Of a stretch of 64,000 bases of DNA, positions 19,901 to 28,950 are shown one piece after another. Source of the DNA: an uncultured virus (IMG/VR IMGVR_UViG_3300030330_006853) (Duplodnaviria; Heunggongvirae; Uroviricota; Caudoviricetes); IMG/VR virus record IMGVR_UViG_3300030330_006853; one strand, written 5' to 3'. Each line of letters opens with the position of its first letter. The stretch's first letter is position 1. The notes below the pieces were generated by a model. The model saw only the letters and a list, made by a program, of their open reading frames with translations, had not been told where the DNA came from and did not search any database. The position numbers were made by a program, and so were the translations under genes.

Positions 19901-20050
19901 AAAAGAGCCCACAGTCACTGGGACAAAAGCAGGTCCTTTTTCAGCGGTTCCAATAACGCCGGCGGGGGTTCCTATGGGAGGATTTTCACGCTGGGTTAAG
20001 TCTACCTCTTGATCAAAAAAACCGGGAGATCTAAATGTTTGTTCGGCCAT
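16970..20050 (-). CDS. Tail sheath protein, paralog 1 (gp18-like)
   Basis: SPGFFDQEVD N-terminus; PWFAPAGFNRG, FGQKTLQ, ALDRVNVRRLML, PTRAIEFISLDF. Confidence 0.92.
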   Translation of the reverse strand: MAEQTFRSPGFFDQEVDLTQRENPPIGTPAGVIGTAEKGPAFVPVTVGSFADFQTKFGGLSSKRFGPYAVREFLKNRDAVTYVRVLGAGANTSVSDINTTRAQGTVKNAGFSLASTAVAANIQPAGHMGTVQFLTAKHVVSASEAFGFPIFTDNSTIGNADANLVRAVLFTTNDARLGVLNHNQTGATIKTSFNEFATVGGKAAVLKDEFKLFVSTSAGTSYGNDDNIAGVRIFTASLNPRSINYVRNTLNTDPDRFASEKHLLYAAFDVEPELATVARATNSVAMLSGSGHSSSDNPAAQAFRVAFGRFDARYQTPRTTEFISQPFGDTEFDLFHFETISDGEFANTKFKVSIKAIRGSSDPAQERGTFTVQVRSYGDSDFAPQVLEEYPGCNLDPTSETYVARMIGDMKAFFNFDADDPDERRVMVQGKFPNKSKFVRIVMHSNVSDDIVPATALPFGFRGLPALKTNDLNSDQQPNKSQARLAGFSAIDALTGSVVPPVPLTFKATRGAVSTTAGLVGKAGSTEVVDNRVYFGVKTTALASTGTVGKANLNANVGTSVNKGLQDQLMFLGLKKMDNLHTGSGADNFNDNKFTLARVALPNQAGGSSTGVYNDTELTGTVSEHMLDAAYIRNGIPDSTQYTITVGSDLSNRITFGTLLAQTSSVTFNRFTDFMKFTNVFFGGFDGVNTMDKNARRLNDKSVSLDTGGGAASGYVPAGFAANQNGAGKDNSGVRSYQAAADIMTDPFAVSTNILAIPGIRESFVTDHAMSRNKDYGMSIYLLDIPQFDDSDNRIYDDSSERPSVSKTSTQFEGRRIDNNTAAAYFPDVVIEDDINNERVKVPPSVAAIAALGFNDAVSFPWFAPAGFNRGSLDFVKNTGVRLTAGDRDTLYDARVNPIANFPQQGFVIFGQKTLQAAQSALDRVNVRRLMLEVKRAVSDVANRILFEQNTPATRARFISQVTPILATIQAQSGIENFKVVMDDTNNTTDDVLSNRLNGKIVLVPTRAIEFISLDFVITNSGVSFE

Positions 20051-20078
20051 TGAAACGGTCTCCTAGCACATAACTATC

Positions 20079-20087
20079 TATAAATAT
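20079..20087 (-). promoter_or_regulatory. Putative late-promoter motif ATATTTATA (representative copy)
   Basis: About 30 nt upstream of the sheath ATG. The same heptamer recurs upstream of many structural genes (see findings). Confidence 0.55.
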
Positions 20088-20109
20088 TGGGATTAAGGTC
20101 AAAAGTCCC

Positions 20110-21345
20110 TTAAATGTCCCCCAGTTTCTTGATGATTCTCGCTTTAACAACTGACTCACCCTTTCTTTCGTTTCGAGACAAGACTTTTAAAATCTCAACT
20201 TCGTTCTCGCCCGTTACGGGATTTTTAATAATATTTCTTACTTTTTCTACAGTTCTTCTATCAGAATCGACCACATTACCGTCGCGACCGATATCCTCAA
20301 TGTCCTGTAAAATAAAGTCATCGACATCTCCGGAAACTGGAGGTTTATTTCTCTCTTCTCCTACAAGAGGAGCGTTTACCTGGAACATTTCAAAAGATAC
20401 ATCAGGAGCAGATAAAAACTTTCTAAAAGGTGATGGATCACCTGGGTTTTGGGGTGCAATTAAGTAGCCCGTCACTGTAAAGTTCAAGGTATATCTTACA
20501 ATTCGCTCTTGGTCTGTGAAATCATCAAAATTATCTGCATTGGTCAGGGTATTGTCAACGAACGCAATAAAATAGTATCCTTTGTCGCTAGTTATCTTGA
20601 ATTCGTGCCTTGCAGAACCTGACGGACTGTATGAAGACATCAGGGTCTCTATAAGCTGGTTCATGTGCGTTACATAATTTGTCCAAAAAACTACTTCATA
20701 ACTAATTGAGAAAAAAGTAGGGTTAGGAACGGTAATAATTTCAAAAATATTTTTTCCAAGATTAGGCTTAAGGGAGTAGCCCGGGTATGTATCACCTACA
20801 AATTCTGCTTCTGGTCTTCTAGAGCCCACCTTGCCGGCTTGAGCATTTCGTGCAGGATTTCTGGAACCGACATTTTCTGGAGATGCAACATTATCCTGGT
20901 TTCTTAGGCGGGTCTTGTTTACCAAGGACTGGTATCTTGGATCTTTTGAACTTAATCTTCTTTTAATAGTGACTTCGCCGACATCAGCTCTAGGTCCTGG
21001 GACTGTGGCTGCTGTTGACTGGTCGATTGATGTTCTTCTAATTGAAATTAAGGGAATGATGACGCGACCAGCGTCGTCGCGGACAGGTTGCTCTTTTTTA
21101 ATAATTGCGAATCTCTCACCGGTGGCGAAAATTACTGGAACTTTTTCAGAAGTCCCTCGATTAACAATGGTAAAATTTATGTCTTTGTCAAAAAGGTTGA
21201 AAAATGCCCTGTCAACGTCGCCTATACCGCAAGCAGGAATATGAAAATCATCTGGTATGTTTGACCCCTGATATCCTGTTTGCAACCTATCTGGCTGGTG
21301 TATTGAGCCCCCGTTAGGATTCCCTATGTTTTTTCTTGTAGGCAT
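20110..21345 (-). CDS. Tail completion / sheath terminator protein (gp15-like)
   Basis: VPVIFATGERF...PLISIRRT...YEVVFWTNYVTHMNQLIE...RIVRYTLNFTVTGYL. Between neck and sheath genes. Confidence 0.65.
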   Translation of the reverse strand: MPTRKNIGNPNGGSIHQPDRLQTGYQGSNIPDDFHIPACGIGDVDRAFFNLFDKDINFTIVNRGTSEKVPVIFATGERFAIIKKEQPVRDDAGRVIIPLISIRRTSIDQSTAATVPGPRADVGEVTIKRRLSSKDPRYQSLVNKTRLRNQDNVASPENVGSRNPARNAQAGKVGSRRPEAEFVGDTYPGYSLKPNLGKNIFEIITVPNPTFFSISYEVVFWTNYVTHMNQLIETLMSSYSPSGSARHEFKITSDKGYYFIAFVDNTLTNADNFDDFTDQERIVRYTLNFTVTGYLIAPQNPGDPSPFRKFLSAPDVSFEMFQVNAPLVGEERNKPPVSGDVDDFILQDIEDIGRDGNVVDSDRRTVEKVRNIIKNPVTGENEVEILKVLSRNERKGESVVKARIIKKLGDI

Positions 21346-21348
21346 AAA

Positions 21349-22020
21349 TTACCCTTCGCCTTCATCATAGAAAGAATAGTCATCAGGAACTTCACTACCC
21401 CTAGGAGAAACTTGCTTCGGACCTGTAATCGGGTCACTTAGGACACCTTTCTCGCGGAGGGCTCTTACGTCGCCCGTAACTCCATCATCATTTTCCTTAA
21501 AGCCTCGAGTTTGATTGTAGGTAGTCTGAACTGCATCTGCATCTGAGTATGTAAAATCTGTCGGCCCAAGAACCTGAGTGACAAAATTGTTCTTTCTTGC
21601 AGGAACAGCAGTTAAAGTTATGCCTGCGTAATGCTCGATTTGTCCAAAAAGAGTCTTTTCAACTTTTCTTGCAGCAATTTCATAAAAAACATCGCCGTAG
21701 CTAAAGAAGTCACCCACCTGAACATCAAGACCGATATCAAGCAAGTCTCTTGCATGAAGAAAAGCCTTGACAGTATAGTTTTTATCTATTCCGAACTTGG
21801 TAGTGCTTTGATCAGTTTCTGAGTATTCAACGACTGCGGTTACTTCGACCGGGTTTTCAAAGATCTTCTCAGGAGCCTCTGAGTAGACATCATGAATGCG
21901 AGTCTTAGTAGCTGAGATTGAATAATAGTAGATCTTTGTCCCGATAACGTCTTTGTTGACTTCTTTTGTCAAGTCAGATATCAGGTCAATTTCTCTTCCA
22001 GTAATAAAAAGCCTAGGCAT
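21349..22020 (-). CDS. Head closure / neck protein (gp14-like)
   Basis: DVYSEAPEKIF...KFGID...VQVGDFFSYGDVFYEI; position in the module. Confidence 0.6.
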   Translation of the reverse strand: MPRLFITGREIDLISDLTKEVNKDVIGTKIYYYSISATKTRIHDVYSEAPEKIFENPVEVTAVVEYSETDQSTTKFGIDKNYTVKAFLHARDLLDIGLDVQVGDFFSYGDVFYEIAARKVEKTLFGQIEHYAGITLTAVPARKNNFVTQVLGPTDFTYSDADAVQTTYNQTRGFKENDDGVTGDVRALREKGVLSDPITGPKQVSPRGSEVPDDYSFYDEGEG

Positions 22021-22024
22021 TTAT

Positions 22025-23197
22025 CTAACCCATTGTAATAGCCCCGCCATTAGGAACGGGTATAGTCTTAAGTTGCTTCTGGATATTCTCAGCTTTGTTT
22101 GCATTAATCTCAATAAATTTGTCATAAGTCATCGACTCAAGCATAGTTCTGATTTGTTCTACTAGCTTTGTCTTATCTTCCCTGCCTTGTGTTACAAGAT
22201 TTCCGCCATTTAGAGTGAGATCACCCTGCGGAATAGGAACGGTTGAGAACTTTGATCTTACAAGCCCTAAAAGCTCTGTAGCCAGAGCCAGTGCATACTG
22301 GCGTGTCCACTGCCTACCCACTGAGTTTACTTTTGAGAAGTTAAGTCTTCCGAAAGGAACATTAGATAAATTACTCACTCCAAAAATTGAATCATCTTTA
22401 AACGCAGGTTTTAGGGGGTCAGGAGCAAAAGAAACTCTAATAAAAAGCTTTTTGTCGATCTGGTTTCCAGTAGGCATAGGAAATATTCTTATTTTTGTTC
22501 CGGTTATCTTGTAAGAATAATTTGATCTTCGGACCCGGTGCGAAACATTCATTTGCCCAGCACGGAGAATGTCTTCAAAAACAGGAAGAACATAAAATAT
22601 TGTTTCGGGAGTGAAAGATTCAAAAGAAAACTCATTGTTAAGGTAGTTAATTGCCGATGTTGTGTCAAAAAATCTGTATGCGGCAGTGGGATTAAAGTGA
22701 AAAACTTCTTGTATTTTCATTCTCGTGTTATTTCTATTAAGAGAAGATGAAAATAGAAGATTGCCGCCGGCATCCTTTAAGTTGTCGTAAATATCGTAGT
22801 CTTGCTGATCTTTTATTAGCTGAATCGACCCGGATATTGACTCATAAGATCCACCTATTCCTGCTTCAAAAGCATAGGGCTCTGCTTGACGATTTAAAAA
22901 CTCCAGAGTTTCTCTAGGGTAGAGTTGCTCCGACCCCGACATGCTTCCCGTTGCTGTTCCTAAAAAATCTGTTAGTTGCGACTTTGCTTGGTATTCGTTA
23001 ATAATCGAGCCGTATTGCAAAAAAGACTCTTCGAAGCAAGCCCAGATTTGCTTCTTTGTCAATTCAACACTCAGGATATCATCCCCGAGCTTTCTCTTGA
23101 CAAAAGTAATCATTGCATCGGCTTCTGTCTGGAAGTTGGTATCTGTGTCAAAAAATCCAAATGGTGTGGGATTAGTTGTATTTGCAAATGTGGGCAT
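22025..23197 (-). CDS. Head-tail adaptor / neck protein (gp13-like)
   Basis: FVKRKLG...VELTKKQI...WTRQYALALATELLGLVRSKFSTVPIPQGDLTLNG. Confidence 0.8.
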   Translation of the reverse strand: MPTFANTTNPTPFGFFDTDTNFQTEADAMITFVKRKLGDDILSVELTKKQIWACFEESFLQYGSIINEYQAKSQLTDFLGTATGSMSGSEQLYPRETLEFLNRQAEPYAFEAGIGGSYESISGSIQLIKDQQDYDIYDNLKDAGGNLLFSSSLNRNNTRMKIQEVFHFNPTAAYRFFDTTSAINYLNNEFSFESFTPETIFYVLPVFEDILRAGQMNVSHRVRRSNYSYKITGTKIRIFPMPTGNQIDKKLFIRVSFAPDPLKPAFKDDSIFGVSNLSNVPFGRLNFSKVNSVGRQWTRQYALALATELLGLVRSKFSTVPIPQGDLTLNGGNLVTQGREDKTKLVEQIRTMLESMTYDKFIEINANKAENIQKQLKTIPVPNGGAITMG

Positions 23198-23288
23198 GCA
23201 CAGCTCCTAGTCACTTTCCTGCTATTAAATATGTTCGGAGATGAGATAGTTTTCAAAGGTTTAAAAGGGACATGCGAAAAGCAGCAAT

Positions 23289-23315
23289 AAAAAAAGAGGC
23301 ACCATAAGGTGCCTC
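23289..23315 (-). terminator. Intrinsic terminator
   Basis: Minus strand GAGGCACC-TTAT-GGTGCCTC-TTTTTTT. Confidence 0.85.
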
Positions 23316-23348
23316 CTTCAAAAATTTAGTTAAATTTTTATAAAAGTG

Positions 23349-23795
23349 TCAGTCTGGCGTTCCGTCGCCCGAGAGAATTACGCTCCATGCGTTATCACCT
23401 ATCTTAGTAACAACAAGAGCAGCACCTGCTGCAACAGCTAACTCTTTTGAGAAGACACCCGCAGCATTTGTTACTGCTACGCCGTTGATTGTGGTAGCTG
23501 TTGTACCATCACCTTTGGAGCTAAGCTCGAATGCTTCGAGTGCACTAATAACAACCATATGACCAAGGGGGACATCAGTTGGGCTGGGCAAATAAATCCT
23601 ATCATTGGCATTATTTGCATTTGTTACTGAGACAAAACTAGCTTGTGTGCTAATTGTAGAAGCCGCGACTGCAGCGGCAGCGGCCGGTGCCTCTATCGTG
23701 TGTCCACTAGTCATCGCAAAACTATTTTTAATCTCCAGGCCGGTTCCGCCTTTTTGGACAAGACCCTTGACATCATCCACTACTACCTTTACCAT
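23349..23795 (-). CDS. Small beta-rich protein, possible capsid decoration protein
   Basis: Start MVKVVVDDVKGLVQ at 23795 with SD AAGGAG. Ala/Thr-rich, has its own terminator and lies near the capsid gene. Confidence 0.55.
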   Translation of the reverse strand: MVKVVVDDVKGLVQKGGTGLEIKNSFAMTSGHTIEAPAAAAAVAASTISTQASFVSVTNANNANDRIYLPSPTDVPLGHMVVISALEAFELSSKGDGTTATTINGVAVTNAAGVFSKELAVAAGAALVVTKIGDNAWSVILSGDGTPD

Positions 23796-23897
23796 AATTA
23801 ATCTCCTTTTGTTCACATGCTTCCGGAACGACGGTGAGTTCGCCTTTATGGAATGTACCGGGCTTAATACTAGGTATCCCTTGAAAAAATAATTTTT

Positions 23898-24338
23898 CTA
23901 TCTTTTGAAAGCCCATCGATAGATTCTTAGCAGCTGCCCCTTTAAAATTCCCAGCCTAGAAGAAGAGAGCCAAATACCGTTATTTTTTTTAATTTTTACT
24001 AATCCGGTCAAGTAAGGTGTAGCAACACCAGACAGGTTGTCTTCAAGCTCAAAAATTACATTATCAACCAGTAAACTCATGTGGTCAATTAAACGCTGGT
24101 CAAGAGCAACGTCGTCATCGTGGTCTATCTCCATATCCCATCGAACATCAACTCCGTACTTATCAGATTTTCCCATCTCTATATAGACTCTTACTTCATC
24201 CACAACAGTAGGATCAGAAGGCTTTAGCTTGTGAACAACAGGCTTGTCCTTGGAAGATTTTTCTTCCCCTAGATAGTCAGACAAAGTAACACCGATTTTA
24301 ACAAAATTCTCAGAGCAGATTTTATACGAGCTTTTCAT
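23898..24338 (-). CDS. Hypothetical protein
   Basis: ATG at 24338 with SD GGAGGG and ATATTTA at 24358-24352. Confidence 0.6.
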   Translation of the reverse strand: MKSSYKICSENFVKIGVTLSDYLGEEKSSKDKPVVHKLKPSDPTVVDEVRVYIEMGKSDKYGVDVRWDMEIDHDDDVALDQRLIDHMSLLVDNVIFELEDNLSGVATPYLTGLVKIKKNNGIWLSSSRLGILKGQLLRIYRWAFKR

Positions 24339-24370
24339 AGTGCCCTCCAATTAAATATCGAGTTGAAGAT

Positions 24371-24401
24371 AAAAAAAGGGACCCCCGAAGGAGTCCCTTT
24401 T
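24371..24401 (-). terminator. Intrinsic terminator after the major capsid gene, with cUUCGg tetraloop
   Basis: Minus strand GGGACTCC-TTCG-GGGGTCCC-TTTTTTT. Confidence 0.88.
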
Positions 24402-24425
24402 AAGTAGAACTGTGTTCTGCAAGAA

Positions 24426-26357
24426 TTAGATAATGTTCATATCCATGCAGGTAACGGTTCCGTAGAAGTCAGCGCGAACCATCTTCTTGCCGTAGCGAGT
24501 CATCACGCCCTTGCGGGGTGTGAAGTCTTCTGGCTGGAAGATCGTCGGGGTGACGATGAGCGGCACGTAAGGAGCATATACGTAACCAGTTTCAAGGTAG
24601 CTACCACCCTTGTAACCAACAAGAACCTTGTTGCGGGGGAAGTAGGGATCCTTGTAAACCTGGAAGCGGTTACTCAGAGTACCAACTCTTTCAGCACCCA
24701 AGCTGAAGGGGTTGCTTACTTGGCCATCACCGTCCAAGCTATAAGCCGGACGATACATCACCGAAGCCTCAAGAATTGTGGCAACGTCGGGACCAACAAC
24801 GATAAAGTTGGCGGAGCCGCGAAGCGTCTTGCGGTGAATCTGGTTGGCAACATCGATAATGGTTTCGACAAGAGTCTCATACCATTCGCGAACTGTGCCC
24901 GTGAATCGAGGACCAGCAGAGAGAGAATCACTAAGCTTAACCTCAGTTGCTGTTTCCTTATTCACGAACTTACCTGGAGCACGTGACCAGAAGAGGTTGG
25001 CACCGCGAGCTTCTGTAAGAAGGTCGTTCAGGATTTCGCGATCGATTTCCAGAGCAACTTGCTCGGAAAGGATCTGTGTCAACTCAACCTCAGCGTCAAG
25101 GCTGTGGTATGCGTTAAGATCCTGTGCCAATTCTGGTGACCAGCGAGCTCTCAGCTTACGCGTGGTTGCCGTAACTGCGATTGACTCCACCTTGATGTCG
25201 ATCTCAGGGATCGCGGGTGAAGGAGCAGAAGTGCTGAAGTTTGATTCGAAGGAAGGAATGACCAAGGTCGATCCTACACCCGACTCAACGTTCAGTGAAT
25301 CAGCAATGGCGTATGAGGCAGACAATGCTGCGCCACCAACGCCGGTGTTACCAGCATCACCCTTAAACACACCCGTTACAACGCAAAGAAGCGTAGCATT
25401 TGTGTCTGTACGACCAATCAAAGGATTGGAGGTAAAGGTCGAGCCGTCGAAGGTTCCAAACTGGTTTAGGCGACGAATGTTAAGAACGTTGCTACCACCC
25501 TGAATTGAGGTTCCGGGAACAGCAAGACCTGGGTTAATTGCTGCAGTGGATGATCCCTGGACAGCACTGAACAGTGAGACATCCTTGACTTGCGTCATGT
25601 CCATGCCAGCAAAGTTGTCATTTGTGATGTCAACCATCAAGAACGAGAACTGTCCTAGTCCGTCAAGACCGGAATCTTCTTCGATCAAGTTTGTAACTTG
25701 CGGGTCAAACTGGAGTAGTTTACCATCAGTTCCAGTAGCGTGTGCCTTACCGCCTGTGACGAAGCCGGCTGTTCCACCGAAAGCACCAGAAGCGCGGAGG
25801 ACAAGACCGTTTGAGGAGGAGTGAACCTTGGAGTAGGTTGTTCCAACCAAGTCGTATTGACCACCTGTAGCATCAGAGCCGGTTCTTACGGCTTTACCTG
25901 CTGGGTTGTTATAAATGGATTGACCCTTCTCATATGTAGAAGCGGTAGCAGCATCCGAGCTCAAGTCGAGCGGGGAATCACCACCAATGTCAGATCCGTA
26001 GGTGTAATCCAGATAGAAGAGCAGGCCGGAAGGCAAGCTCATGGGCTGGATGGAGACGAGTTCGTTGGCAACTAAGCCACCGAAAACTCGACGAACGATT
26101 GGGAAAGCAATGTTAGAGAAACCACGAAGGTCGCCGGATGAGGTGAGACCACCAGCACCGGTTGAAATCGAGCTTTGCTCACGGAGAACTTCAGCGCACT
26201 GGTTTTCCAGTAGGCGCGCCATGTTTTCTCTGCGAGTTCCATCTAGTCCGCGAAGAAGGCCAGTACGACCCCACTTCTCAACTAGACGTTCGCTTTCTTG
26301 ACCCAAGTGACGCTCACGAATGCCTTCCGCAAGAGTTTCAAGCGAAAATTTACTCAT
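24426..26357 (-). CDS. Major capsid protein (gp23-like), 643 aa
   Basis: LVSIQPMSLPSGLLFYL, TRKLRARWSPELAQDLNAYHSLDAEVEL, ALEIDREI, YAPYVPL, FTPRKGVMTRYG. Confidence 0.95.
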   Translation of the reverse strand: MSKFSLETLAEGIRERHLGQESERLVEKWGRTGLLRGLDGTRRENMARLLENQCAEVLREQSSISTGAGGLTSSGDLRGFSNIAFPIVRRVFGGLVANELVSIQPMSLPSGLLFYLDYTYGSDIGGDSPLDLSSDAATASTYEKGQSIYNNPAGKAVRTGSDATGGQYDLVGTTYSKVHSSSNGLVLRASGAFGGTAGFVTGGKAHATGTDGKLLQFDPQVTNLIEEDSGLDGLGQFSFLMVDITNDNFAGMDMTQVKDVSLFSAVQGSSTAAINPGLAVPGTSIQGGSNVLNIRRLNQFGTFDGSTFTSNPLIGRTDTNATLLCVVTGVFKGDAGNTGVGGAALSASYAIADSLNVESGVGSTLVIPSFESNFSTSAPSPAIPEIDIKVESIAVTATTRKLRARWSPELAQDLNAYHSLDAEVELTQILSEQVALEIDREILNDLLTEARGANLFWSRAPGKFVNKETATEVKLSDSLSAGPRFTGTVREWYETLVETIIDVANQIHRKTLRGSANFIVVGPDVATILEASVMYRPAYSLDGDGQVSNPFSLGAERVGTLSNRFQVYKDPYFPRNKVLVGYKGGSYLETGYVYAPYVPLIVTPTIFQPEDFTPRKGVMTRYGKKMVRADFYGTVTCMDMNII

Positions 26358-26404
26358 GTTTCTTTCCTTTCAAAAAAAGATACGTCTTTAGGTTAATGGT
26401 TAAG

Positions 26405-27984
26405 TTAGTTTAGACCTGCTAGGACTGACCAACGTTTCGATTCTGCAGACTCATTTAGGAGTGTGCTGGAAGGCTTTGTTGCTCGGCTAGCGGATCCCGC
26501 TATTCTAGAAGCCGACTCATTGACGGTCTTCTTAGGAGCAGACGATGTCAGCCCCTTATAAAGTAGCTTAACTTCCCTCAAGCTCTTTGCCTCATCTAGT
26601 GACTCGATTGCTCGAACCTTCTGGTTCTTCGTAAGCTCGTCGCTGAGTAATAGCTTATTGGTGTAGAGTAACTTAGCGTTGAACAGATTCATTTCAGACA
26701 ACTGACTTTGTAACTCATTAATGGTAGTTGCATACTCATTTTCTATTTCTTGTGTAGGTTCTTGTGCAGCTTCAACTAGCTCTTCTGCTTCTTCATCGCT
26801 TGATTCAGATAGCATCTTGGCTAGTTCATCACGAAGCATGGTTTCAGAAATTTCAAGGACTGTGTCGTCATCAAGTCCTTCGCCAATCATTTCTTCTTCC
26901 ATTCTGTAAGCGCCTTCGTCTTCCATGTCTTCTTCCATTGCGGCGGTATGGGCACCTTCATCTTCGCCTTCTTCAAGCTCAGCCAGAATTTCTTCAAGCT
27001 CACCTTCGGCAACATCTTCAGGACCCATAGCCTCTTGGACCATGTTTCGAATCTGCTCTCTTAGCTCATCAGCAGAGACCTCAAGCATTACTGCTTCATC
27101 AGCCTCAGCCTCGACCTCAACTTCATCTTCAACTTCGATGGCTACTTCTTCTTCCCCGCCTTCTTCTTCGCCGGCTTCTTCGCCTTCTTCAGATTCTGCA
27201 GGTAATTCCTCACTTAGCTCGATGGTGACATCGTCAGCAGCCAAGTCAGGAACTTCAACGTCGCCGAGATCCACACGAACGCGCAGATCAACAACTTCTT
27301 CGGACAAAAGCTCTCTTAAGGATTTCTTCATTTCGTTTATCTCCCTTTTCTTATTCCTCAAGTTGTCATGCATGTTCTGGATCTCAGTTCCAAAGTATCC
27401 AGAGTTTTGATGATTACTGTTAATGATTTCCTCAAATGCTTTCACAGCTTGCTCGGCGATGCCGAATTCAGCTAAATAAACTTTGAGATTATCTCCACGC
27501 AGAATTGCGGGATTTTTAGATTGTAAAATAGCAAAGTGCTCATTAAGAGCAACAATTCGTTCTTGAATTTTTTTAAATGTGGGAATAAAATCAACCGTCT
27601 GGTTTATTTCATCTCGTACGCGCGTGTGATCTTCTGAAAGCTCTTTGGACTCATGTGACCATTCGTTTGCAATACTAATCAGCCCCTCAAGTGATTCTTC
27701 ATTGATAGAAAAATTATCTTTAANNNNNNNNNNGATCTTTCGAGCAAAGAACCTTCTTGGGGAGTAACTTGGGATAAAAGAGATGCAGCATCTTCCTGTA
27801 AGTCATGCTGGATACCTTCAAAAAAGTCTCCATCGTCAACATCTTCGCCTAAAATCTGCTTGTCAATCAAAGCTCTAATTTTAGGTGTTATTGACTCTAT
27901 AATAGCGTTTTTGGCGTTTTGCTCTGCAGCCTCTCTTAGGCTCTTCGCATCTGCCAGTGCTTCGTCAAGTAATGAAGATGTCAT
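26405..27984 (-). CDS. Prohead core / scaffolding protein, interrupted by an assembly gap (N 27724-27733)
   Basis: N-terminus LLDEALADAKSLREAAEQNAK. The frame of 26405..27445 stays open from the gap onward (KDNFSINEESLEG...). Very acidic, with C-terminal NLFNAKLLYTNKL. Directly upstream of the capsid gene. Confidence 0.75.
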
Positions 27985-28061
27985 AGCTACCCTTCCACAT
28001 TTTCACATATTAAATATGATTTCCCGAAAGAAATGTTACAAGATTAAATATTCATTTCAAA

Positions 28062-28298
28062 CTAAAGTTTCATTTGATTTTTCTTGGCTCTTCTTACTGC
28101 CCTCAAATGTTTTTCTCTTCTTTTTTCAGACTTTGACTTAAATCTCAGCGTTGACTTTCTTATGTCGTCTTGCAAACCTGACTGTTTGCATGTCCTTTTA
28201 AATCTTCTGACAAGGGCTTCCCCTGACTCATTTTTTCTGGGTTTGACCTCAATTACCCCCTTGGGCTCTTTCAAAAATCTTCTACGTCGATTTGACAT
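28062..28298 (-). CDS. rpsU: Phage-encoded 30S ribosomal protein bS21
   Basis: 78 aa and basic; IEVKPRKNESGEALVRRFKRTCKQSGLQDDIRK...FKSKSEKRREKHLRAVRR matches the bS21 pattern. ATG at 28298 with AGGA upstream. Confidence 0.85.
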   Translation of the reverse strand: MSNRRRRFLKEPKGVIEVKPRKNESGEALVRRFKRTCKQSGLQDDIRKSTLRFKSKSEKRREKHLRAVRRAKKNQMKL

Positions 28299-28929
28299 TT
28301 TTAATGTCCTTCTGTTCAGACTCATCTTTGTCTTTTGCTTGAATTTCTTTTTTGTCATATTCCGCGTTTTGAACTGGGTCTTCACCTGTATCAAACAAAT
28401 CTTTTAGAGATGCGTAAACTTTGTCTCTTCTATCTTTTTCTGAATATCTCGGGCTGGCCCAGCCTACCCCTCCGATAGTTTTACCTGTCGCTGTCTTAAA
28501 AATACCTGCGCCGTTGCCCATCATTAATATTGGAGAAAGTGCACCATTGTTGTTCATATACTCTAGTAAATGCTCAGCGTCAAACAATGACATATTTTCA
28601 CTTAAACCTAAGTCAAGTCGCGTTGCACCATTGACATATGCCTGTCTTGCTCCGTATTTTGGCGGGAAAGGGTCAGAAACAGGAGAGCCACCCCTAACCT
28701 TATTAGAAAGCTTTTTAGCTTGGGTATGGGTAAGGCCAAGCTCTTCATCATCGTAATCCTTCGCGTCTTTTTCTAATTCGGAATCAACGTCATACGGATA
28801 AGTTGATGTCATTTTGGTTGGTGCGCCGATGCCTGCTTTTGACACAGGGTTAACAGCACCGTAACCATACCCTTTTCTTGCATCGGGCAAGGGAAGAAAA
28901 TAGTTTATTCTCTCAGATATCTTTTTCAT
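28282..28929 (-). CDS. Hypothetical protein in the head module
   Basis: 215-aa ORF, G/P-rich and charged. Confidence 0.65.
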   Translation of the reverse strand: MKKISERINYFLPLPDARKGYGYGAVNPVSKAGIGAPTKMTSTYPYDVDSELEKDAKDYDDEELGLTHTQAKKLSNKVRGGSPVSDPFPPKYGARQAYVNGATRLDLGLSENMSLFDAEHLLEYMNNNGALSPILMMGNGAGIFKTATGKTIGGVGWASPRYSEKDRRDKVYASLKDLFDTGEDPVQNAEYDKKEIQAKDKDESEQKDIKNVKST

Positions 28930-28950
28930 TATCTAAGCAGTAAACAAAAA

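Noticed and set aside
13409..20050. Bacterial extracellular contractile injection system, suggested by the two sheath genes
   Set aside because: Capsid, portal, protease and terminase genes in the same cluster show this is a phage.
27679..27984. Apparent frameshift or pseudogene splitting the scaffold into two ORFs
   Set aside because: The break coincides with a 10-N assembly gap and both sides are open up to the gap.
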